Below are positions 46,014 to 56,400 of a stretch of DNA of 64,000 nucleotides, piece by piece (position 1 is the stretch's first letter; every line of letters starts with the position of its first letter). Below the pieces are notes generated by a model. The model was given only the letters and a program-made list of their open reading frames with translations, made no database searches and had not been told where the DNA came from. The translations under genes and the position numbers were made by a program. This stretch comes from Macrostomum lignano (lineage: Eukaryota). Where the stretch lies: positions 186,001-250,000 of the forward strand of contig NIVC01002244.1 in assembly GCA_002269645.1 (NCBI GenBank), given 5' to 3'.

Positions 46014-49000
46014 TCAGCTGCTGATGACGCTGATGTTGACCACGCCGAGAGGAGCGGCTCGCGGCGCTGCTGTTTCTCGATTGAGCAACTGCCCGATGGT
46101 CGCCCTCGAATCGGCGCTGCTGCACGATGACGAGTCACTGTCCGTTGATGACTCGTCGTCGCTTTCATCGTCGCTTGGCTGTTCGACGCGTTTCACCATG
46201 CCGAGTTTGAGTCCGATCCAGTGGAACTTGGCTGATATCTCGTCCTGGATGAGGTTGATACACATTGACAGGACCGTCAGACCGAAGAAGCAGTACAGGG
46301 CTCCGACTAGAAGCTCGGTGATCACCGTCATCTGCCGGTGGAGTGAATCAGGGAAGTTCAGTAGAAGAGTTTCCACTCTTTTCCGGATCAGCTGAAGTAC
46401 TCTCGTACAATGTATGTTTCTGACCTTATCAGTAATCTCCCTAAAGCCTGGAATACACGACGATTACACTACCAACAGGCTGGGAAAAAGATGCTCACAC
46501 TATTGAACGGGCCGTCTTTTCCTGGCACGTAGTCGCCAAAACCAATTGTGCTCAGCGTGATAAACGAGAAATAGGTGCCTTCGATCAAGGTCCATTTCTC
46601 CCAGATGCGGAACACGGCCGCACCCAGTAGAATGTAGAGAATGAGCAGCAAAATAGTCACGCTGATGGGAATGTTCACGATGTCTTCTTCTTCGTCATCT
46701 TCTTCGTCATCCTCTTCAACTACAACCAGATCCTTCACCTGTTTGAATGCCAATCGAGTATTGGTTGCTCTGTGAAGAATTCCTTGAGAAAAACCGTATC
46801 TTTGACCTTGAGATAGACCCGTCTTTTTGACCTTAAGGAAACCCAACTCTTTGACCTTGAGATTGAACCATCTCTTTGACCTTAAGATAAGCCCATATCT
46901 TTGACCTTGAGGAAACCCGTCTGTTTGTCCTTGAGAAACCCGTCTTTTTGACAATAAGTAAGCTCATATCTTTGAATTTGATAAAACACCTTTTTAACCT
47001 CGTGCTGTCTGATATCGCTGCAATATTTCCACCCAAACGTTTTGCTTGTGTTGCTAAAACCTCCAATTAGTGCGCATAGCGACTAAAAGGATGTGAAGAA
47101 TGGCCTTCATAGTGAGTTATTGTGCTTGGAAGCTAACTGTTTTGCTTGATGGTAGTATTATACTGTTTCCCAGCAAAACAAAAATCAATGAACCAAGAAG
47201 CACTGGCTGAGAAGTATGAATAATTCAACAGAAAATTTAGCAAGTCAATCACGACCACCTTAGCTGGTGGCATCTTGCCGCTCTCGTCAGCCGTTGTCCA
47301 AGAAGATTGCTGCCTCTGCTGCTCCCGAATCGATTCTTCTACGGCCTTCTCTTCCGGGCACTTTCGTTTAATGAAACACTTGCAACAGCAGATGTTCAGG
47401 TAGAAGGCTTTGAACAGCATAGCGGTTGGTTCGCCAATCTTTGTTAGAAAGAGCAGCATGAGTGGAATGCCTAAGATGGCGTAGATCATGCACACGATCT
47501 GGCCCCAGGATGTTCCTGGCGCGATGTGACCGTAGCCTTGAATTGCGGTGCATAGAGAAGGTTAATATTGTGAGCATTATTTTCATGAATAAGTTTTAAC
47601 TTGTACTCTCCTGTCAACTTGGTGATAGACAAGAAGCTACTGACAAACTATTGCTGAAGCTACTGACAAAGCATTGTTGAAGCTACTGACAAGCCATTGT
47701 TGAAGCTACTGACAAAGCATTGTTGAAGCTACTGACAAGCCATTGTTGAAGCTACTGACAAGCCATTGTTGAAGCTACTGACAAGCCATTGTTGAAGCTA
47801 CTGACAAGCCATTGTTGAAGCTACTGACAAATGATTGTTGAAGCTACTAACAAATCATTGTTGAAGCTACTAACAAATCATTGTTGAAGCTACTAACAAA
47901 TCATTGTTGAAGCTACTAACAAATCATTGTTGAAGCTACTGACAAGCCATTGTTGAAGCTACTGACAAGCCATTGTTGAAGCTACTGACAAATGATTGTT
48001 GAAGCTACTAACAAATCATTGTTGAAGCTACTAACAAATCATTGTTGAAGCTACTAACAAATCATTGTTGAAGCTACTAACAAATCATTGTTGAAGCTAC
48101 TAACAAATCATTGTTGAATCTACTAACAAATCATTGTTGAAGCTACTAACAAATAATTGTTGAAGCTACTGACAAATCATTGTTGAAACTACTGACAAAG
48201 CATTGTTGAAACTACTGACAAATCATTGTTGAAGCTACTGACAAGCCATTGTTGAAGCTACTGACAAATCATTGTTGAAGCTACTGACAAAGCATTGTTG
48301 AAGCTACTGACAAAGCATTGTTGAAGCTACTGACAAAGCATTGTTGAAGCTACTGACAAATCATTGTTGAAGCTACTGACAAATCATTGTTGAAGCTACT
48401 GACAAATCATTGTTGAAGCTACTGACAAATGATTGTTGAAGCTACTGACAAACCAATGCCCCTCACTCACCAATAGTAGTGATCACAGTCACGCAGAAGT
48501 AGGCTGCATTAGCGAAATTCCAATAGGGAATATTGTCGCCCTGCCCCAGCGTAGAGCAGTTCAGCCGCGGGTCCATGCTCAGGGTGTAAATGTCCTTAGC
48601 AAAGTCGCTGATTTCAGTAAATATGCTGGCTTTAGCTGCAACCGCGTTCTTGCCATTCTGAGCCATATTGTAGATCCGATCAACCGCTTCGTTTCTTTTT
48701 GACAAGTACTTGTCGTACTTTGTCTGACAGCTTGACACCTCGTTTTCAACTTCAAGGTATTGGAATAGAAAGCCGCCCATGACCACGTAGAAGATGACGA
48801 TGACAAAGGTGCCCAGCTGGGACAGCATGATGGAGCCGAAGCGCTTGCAGCATTTGCGGCATTTGCTCTGACTCGCTGCGTCCTGAGCTTTCGCTGAGCT
48901 GTCGGGCGCTCCGTTGTGCTTCACCACCGCCGCGGTGTCCGTCTCCACGACGAAGCCGCGAAAGCCCCAAACGCCGCCAGCGTGATGGAATCGGCTGGTG

Positions 49001-49158
49001 CTGACCGCGGCAGACTTTAGCGGCGGCTGACGCTGCGCTGTGGACTTCGCCTGGTAGCTGCCGTCGAACATGTCAGCCTCGAAGCCACCGTTTGAGTACA
49101 TCGCTGCTGCAGTGATTGAGCATTGTTGGAATAAACTCTGTGCGTTCTCGAATGCCAT
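46014..49158 (-). CDS. Two-pore-domain (K2P/TWIK-family) potassium channel, paralog B
   Basis: Exons (minus) 49158 (or homologous ATG at 49101)-48471, 47536-47259, 46738-46499, 46331-46014. Same intron positions and phases as paralog A; P1 TTIG|YGH, P2 STIGFGDYVPG. The exon-2 donor (GTGGTC) is weak. Confidence 0.9.
47635..48452. repeat. 23-bp minisatellite (gaagctactgacaaatcattgtt), about 35 copies, K2P-B intron 1
   Basis: Directly visible. Confidence 0.96.
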
Positions 49159-49194
49159 AGGTGATTGGACAATTATTGGGGATATGAATGATAC

Positions 49195-49760
49195 TTCTCA
49201 ATCCTACAGGTGACGTCTTTCAATCCTACAGGTGAAGTCTCTCAATCCTACAAGTGAACGTCTCTCAATCCTACAGGTGAAGTCTCTCAATCCCACAGGT
49301 GACGTCTCTTAATCCTACAGGTGACGTTTCTCAATCCTACAGGTGACGTTTCTCAATCCTACAGGTGACGTCTCTCAATCCTACAGGTGACGTCTCTCAA
49401 TCCTACAGGTGACGTTTCTCAATCCTACAGGTGACGTTTCTCAATCCTACAGGTGACACACCTCAATCCTACAGGTGACACTCCAATACTACAGGTGAAG
49501 TCTCTCAATCCTACAGATGACGTTTCTCAATCCTACAGATGACGTCTCTCATCCTACAGGTGATGTCTGTCAATCAATCCTACAGGTGACGTTTCTCAAT
49601 CCTACAGGTGACGTCTCTCAATCCTACAGGTGACGTTTCTCAATCCTACAGGTGACGTTTCTCAATCCTATAGGTGACGTTTCTCAATCCTACAGGTGAC
49701 GTTTCTCAATCCTACAGGTGACGTCTCCCAATCCTACAGGTGACGCCTCTCAATACTACA
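49195..49760. repeat. 22-bp minisatellite (tcaatcctacaggtgacgtttc), about 25 copies, upstream of K2P-B
   Basis: Directly visible. Confidence 0.95.
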
Positions 49761-50708
49761 GATGCCACGTTTTATTCTATACTGTACACATAGGTAATGC
49801 CTCTTAATCATAGAGAACGGTTCACTTTTCAATCACACAAAGGTTCGTTAGTAGCTAGTGTTTTCTACCTGGTTGAATAACAGAGACATTCGCATTTACC
49901 TTTTCAAGTTTTTATCCAGAATTTCCGATCAACGTTGCGTTGCAAATTTAAACAACTAATTTCAGTTCCTTATAAGTGTAAGACTCAATTCAGTCCAGCT
50001 CGTTAAATCTGAGATGTCCGTAAATTTTCAAGATATAGATACAGGTAGCTGCATTGTATATACTCCTTCGATAGTCAAACAAAAAACTGAATCGGTTTTG
50101 GCTCCAATGAAATTCGCACACGATGAAGGCTGCTTGGTTGCTAAAGATTCTATTGGCTACAAGCTGAGGAGGGCTACATATGGCTTTTGGACGTTTAACT
50201 GGCTTAGTATTCACGTACGTGTGTATTTAGTTTGCGACGTACGAGCTAGGCTGCATGCCCAAGTTGGTATAGAAGGATGCAGGCCCCACAGTTTGGTGAG
50301 CAAACACGAGGGGAAGCATACACGATTTCTGGGTGTGGGAGAGCGAGGTAAAGGGAGTTGAGAACACAACTCTATGGAAATTGGGAAGCTGCGGATGGCG
50401 TGCGCCCCGCTAGTTTTCTTTTTTCCCTTTCTACCAGGTAGTTTGCTGGAGTCTGCAGGAGTGGGAAAAGCGAAAAGATCCGCATGGCGCATGCGTCCCA
50501 TAGCAACCAGTAAGCCGGAAAAGCGCTTTGTCATTAGCAACGCATACACAGAGGCGGCCTGGAACTGGCTGCTGGAAAAATAACCCCACTGCAAACAGTG
50601 GTTGTGCAGCTACAGCTCAGGACATGAGGTAGCTTTAGCCTCAGCTCTCCGGCCAAACAGAAAGCAGCAGATCCGTGTGTTTGTGCTCGTTCTACCTCCT
50701 TTACCCTG

Positions 50709-50960
<252 letters not shown>

Positions 50961-51535
50961 AGGGTTTACTAAGGGTTTAGCTGGATCTACTATATCTTAA
51001 CCCTTAACCTGCTAGGTAAACTATACTCCTCTGTGTTGTATAATTATTTATTTTTGAGATCTAACAACAGTGGCAGGTTCTCTAATCTCAATAAATTAAT
51101 TTTTGTTTAAGCAGTGTTCACTCCAATAGCTTGCAGTGTGTCTGACTACCCAGAGGTTATTTGGCCATAGATTTTCTGGTAGATCGGGGGACAAAACCAA
51201 CAAGAACCCTGAACGGAAAATTCCTTGATTATTAAGCAGGGACTCCAGGTGTTGGCAAAGTAATTTTCCGCGCCACCCACAGGCACTCATTTTGGTGCTG
51301 CAGGTACTTTTTGAAGGCAATGGTGCTGTGACTCGGCCTGATCATGTGCCAACAGCTAGACGATCCCTTCAGCGGACAAGCCTTAAGGATCGCTTCAGTC
51401 GGACTTGACTTCAATATATAGCTGAGCGTGAGATTGCGTCAAGACACCGAGTCAGTCCATCCCTATACAGTAGTGTACGTAGATCCCACAACTCAAACAA
51501 CGTTCCTGAAGAGAGCTACATGTAGTATACATGTA

Positions 51536-52253
51536 CCTTTTTGCGATCTAGTTTGCCAAAACTGTGCCAATCAATTTTGCCCGCGGAAAAATATCACTTA
51601 TTATTTTGCTGTCTAGGCCAAGTCTGCTCAGTCGATCATGACCAGAGTTTCAGCCACAGACAACTCCGAAAACTGCAATCAATTTTGCCAAAACTGCGAC
51701 CTAGTTTGCCCAATAGCAAGCCAAGAAGAATTTTTATTAAGAATCAATTCGGAAGTGTGACGAAATAAACTGTAACAGTGAACAATAAACAGCGAGTTTA
51801 TAATGGTAGACGTAGGCACAAATGTTCTCAATCATAGCATTGTTAAGGGACCTCCGCTTGGCACCTCCGCTCTATACGACCGGTTGCATTGAATTGTCCA
51901 ACTATATGTAAGTCACGGTTCTTCGTGAGATGCCCAACACAGCCTACTGGAATCTTACCAGTCCTCTCCATCCTGATATGCTTGAATCAATCGCTGCCGG
52001 TCCTTCGCTGAAATCCCGTTATAAGGTCCACGCTGGGCCATTCTTTGATCTTGTTATGTATGTCTGTGGTGTTTTCTTTGCTGTGGGCAAACTAGGTCGC
52101 AGTTTTGGCAAAATTGATTGCAGTTTTCAGAGTTGTCTGTGGCTGAAACTCTGGTCATGACTGAGCAGACTTGGCATAGACAGCAAAATTATAAGTGATG
52201 TTTTTCCGCGGGCAAAATTGATTGCAGTTTTAGCAAACTAGATCGCAAAAAGG
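51536..52253. mobile_element. Non-autonomous DNA transposon (MITE) with about 180-bp terminal inverted repeats and TA flanks
   Basis: 51536-51712 is the reverse complement of about 52083-52253, with few mismatches. TA flanks both ends (51534-35, 52254-55). About 370-bp non-coding interior. Confidence 0.8.
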
Positions 52254-53443
52254 TACATTACCATGCAAATTAAGCGAAACAAACTCACTGTTAATTTTCT
52301 TCGAAGACCGCGGTAGCTATATACTTCACGGTGCCGGTGGAGCGAGGCAAAGCGGCCGAGTGGTTTCTAATGTTAGTGCGTTTCATGTTGTAAATTGAGT
52401 CGTCAAGATATAGGTTCCACAGGTGCGCGATCTCCCTCGCTCACCCCAACACATATTTTATATTATTTGTCACATCATCCCTCGACACCGCGGCCCAAAC
52501 TTCTAGGGTTTGAGACTAGGACTCAACTGCTATTTCTCGGCCGTCGATTGGTCGGCAAAAGCGCGTACACAACGAATAAACCATAACTGAGGAAAGGGGG
52601 GACGCGATCGACGGGCAGTTTTAGCCAATCATCACAGAATGCGGATCGTGGACGGTCACAGCTAGGGGGCTGGCGTGTAAAACATCTTAGCATTTAGCAA
52701 TTGGAGCCACCAGACAAAGCGGGAGATGGTGCATGGGCACGTGAGGAAAGGTTCATGGGTGCACCCGAATAGTCGCTTGATCAACAGTGCAAGTGCACGC
52801 CGGTACAACAAAAAATAGGCAAAAATTCTTGATTTACATGTACCATCTTAATGCAAGTGTCCACCCAACGGCAATGCCCTGTGTTTACCAGCTAGACCCT
52901 CATTAACTTATTTGCCCAATAAAATATTAGCATTGGCTTTACTGAAATACTTGAGAAAAAAATCAAATCTGTTTGACTTTATACATGTAACTCCGTCTTA
53001 AATGTCAATTAAGTTTATAACATTATCATCGCTAAGGCATTCCTTTTCCGGGTAGTGTTTTTGGGCTTATATTTTTCGTTTTATAGTATGCTGTAGGAGC
53101 CGACAAGTGTAGAAAAACGTTGAAAATATAACAAATAGAACTTTTTGCGATTTTCAATTTCTATGGATTTACGGGTTTTTAAGCAACCGATGATGACGTA
53201 GTTACCGAGATTGTATTCTTTCAAATAGCATATTTTCGTAGATTGTAATTTCCGAGTGAACACCAACCAACCACACCGCACTTAGGGCTAGGTCTTGAGG
53301 CTGATTAAACTGGTAATAGCCATTCAAGATATTATAAAAATTGTAGTAGCAAGATAATTTTTAATACAGTGACTGATTGAGTTTCTGTATCTTTGACTGC
53401 AAAACAGTACTTCAAATCTCTTCTCTTGCTCTGTATTTTCAAG

Positions 53444-56400
53444 ATGCTTCGTGAAGTTTTTTCAAAAGGAAAGGATTTAGCTGAAAAAGTGTAAGTGCAA
53501 CTCGTTTTTTGTTGAAAAAATGCTGTTTTTTCGGATTTTGTTTAAGTTTTCATGAAGTAGCTCTGTTTTGGGCCATTTGGGTTTAATCAAATTACAGCAT
53601 TTTTATAACTATTATAAAATGAGGCCTATAGTCAATGTCTTTTCACCCATTAATTTTGAAAAAGATTTAGAGGAAATGAATTTAATGACCTGCAGATAGT
53701 GAATGTGAATTTATGTGATCAGTTTAATTTTGCTTTTTGTTTTTTGCATTTTGCATTTAAAATTATTATAAAAACTACATTTTATTTTTAGTAGGGTAGA
53801 ACAAATAAATTATTTTATCAACTATGGCAAAAAATGACCTTTTTTGCTAGAGGAAGTGCTTTATATAGATGCATAGTCACTATACTATAAAAATAATCCA
53901 ATAATAATAATATGGTGCCATGGCAATTGTGACAATAAACTATATAAGCTATCTTATTGAATATAGAACATTTCAAAACTAATGATTATACTTATAACAA
54001 AATTTGATATATTGACATGAATGATAAATCATTGCTAATGTGACTAAAAAATCATATTGTTTTACTTTGGTGGGCTAGATAATCTTTTACTATAAAGGTT
54101 ATTACAATTTACTTCCAAGGATATTGAATATATCTCTACTTTTTTGCTTGTGTTGTGATATAATAATATAATAATAATGCTCAAAATAAAAAAAAATATA
54201 TTATTTATAATATTGCATATATTTTTGTATTTCTAGAGACTACTTTACTGCAACAAAATACTTAGACATATTTAGTAAAAAAAATAGCTTTTAATCATGT
54301 TAGGCAATAGTGTTGCCATATATTAAATATTAATAATAATATTTCTTTTTGTAACAATAATCTATTCCATATACTAAAAATGGTCTGTGTGTGTGTGTGT
54401 GTGTGTGATCAATTTTAGCAAAAACGGCTCAACCAATTTTGTTCAAACTTGCACTGTTTGATTAGAAATTTTCTGGTGACGGTACATGCAACGTGGCTAA
54501 GAAATTGCTCTATGCTAAAGGGATTAAATATTCGAAAAACATGCTTTTTTGCAAAGGTCAAGCAACTCTTTCGACTTGAAATGCATTGTAAGAATGCTAG
54601 AGAAAAAACTGACTGGTTGAATTCTGATTCTGAAATAGATTGCATCATCACAATAGGCTTTTTTTATCGTCTGTGTATTGGCTAAATTTTGACACTGAAT
54701 TGAATTGCGTGACAGTATTGAATAACGCAGTGTGGAAGCATAGCACAATAATTGATTTATATTGCGTAACCATATTGCTAACTTTAATAGAGACTGGTAC
54801 TGACTTGCCTAAGAAATTGTCATAAATGCTTCGTGTGACTTTTACTCAATTGACTTGGTATGAGTATTGCATTATATAAGTGCTACAAATTAATTTATAA
54901 TTTCAATGAGAGCTAGCCTAGATGTGAACACACTGGACTGCTAATGCAGCAACCTGGGTTCAAATCTTAGTAATGTATTAAAAAATATAAGTAGCATAAA
55001 TTTTTTATAATTAATTAAAAAGACCTGGATTATGGCGCTGGATAAACCAAGGATTATTGCACTTGATAAGCCAAGGATTACTGCACTTGATAAACCAAGG
55101 ATTATTGCACTTGATAAGCCAACGATTATTGCACTTGATAAACCAAGGATTATTGCACTTGATAGGCCAAGGATTACTGCGCTTGATAAACCAAGGATTA
55201 TTGCACTTGATAAACCAAGGATTATTGCACTTGATAAGCCAAGGATTACTGCGCTTGATAAACCAAGGATTATTGCACTTGATAAGCCAAGGATTATTGC
55301 ACTTGATAGGCCAAGGATTACTGCGCTTGATAAACCAAGGATTATTGCACTTGATAAACCAAGGATTATTGCACTTGATAAGCCAAAGATTACTGCGCTT
55401 GATAAACCAAGGATTATTGCACTTGATAAGCCAAGGATTATTGCACTTGATAAACCAAGAATTACTGCACTTGATAAACCAAGGATTACTGCACTTGATA
55501 AGCAAAAGATTACTGCGCTTGATAAACCAAGGATTATTGCACTTGATAAGATAAGCCAAGGATTATTGCACTTGATAAACCAAGAATTACTGCACTTGAT
55601 AAACCAAGGATTATTGCACTTGATAAGCAAAAGATTACTGCGCTTGATAAACCAAGGATTGTTGCACTTGATAAGCCAAAGATTACTGCGCTAGACAAAC
55701 CAAGGATTATTGCACTAGATTAGAAAGGGCTATTGCACTAGCCCAGACATCGATTTTTGGACTTGATGAGGAAAGGATTATTGCACTAGCTGAGAAGCTG
55801 ATTATTGCGCTGTCTAAAAAAGAGATTATTGCGCTCGCTGAGACGTGGATTGTTTCACAACCTGAGAAAGCGGTTATTGCATTAGCGGAGGTAACATTTG
55901 TACTAGCTACTTGCTGTCTCGTGGATGCTTGCTCTCAAGGGGGGATACTTGCTATTTGGGAGTTGGGGGGTACTGGCTACATGTATGGGATTCTTTCTAT
56001 CCAGGGATGCTTGCTATTTAGGGATTCTTGCTATCTGCAGGATGCTTGCTATCTGGGTGGATGCTTCTATAATATCTGGGGGGTGCTTGCTATCTGCAGG
56101 ATGCTTGCTATCTGGGTGGATGCTTCTATAATATCTGGGGGGTGCTTGCTATCTGCAGGATGCTTGCTATCTAGGTGGATGCTTCTACAATATTTGGGAG
56201 ATGCTTGCTATCTGCAGGATGCTTGCTATCTAGGTGGATGCTTTAACAATATCTGGGGGATGCTTGCTATCTGCAGAATGCTTGCTATCTAGGTGGATGC
56301 TTCTACAATATTTGGGAGATGCTTGCTATCTGCAGGATGCTTGCTATCTAGGTGGATGCTTCTACAATATTTGGGAGATGCTTGCTATCTGCAGGATGCT

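Noticed and set aside
45925-46168. Alternative-frame ORFs at the K2P-B C-terminus suggesting a frameshift
   Set aside because: The main frame ends at a stop (46014) at a length similar to paralog A; no conserved motif demands extension.
52318-52400. ATACTT...GCGAGGC resembling the U1 snRNA start, and GGCCGAGTGGTT resembling a tRNA A-box
   Set aside because: It lacks ACTTACCTG, an Sm site, a B-box and the expected stems.
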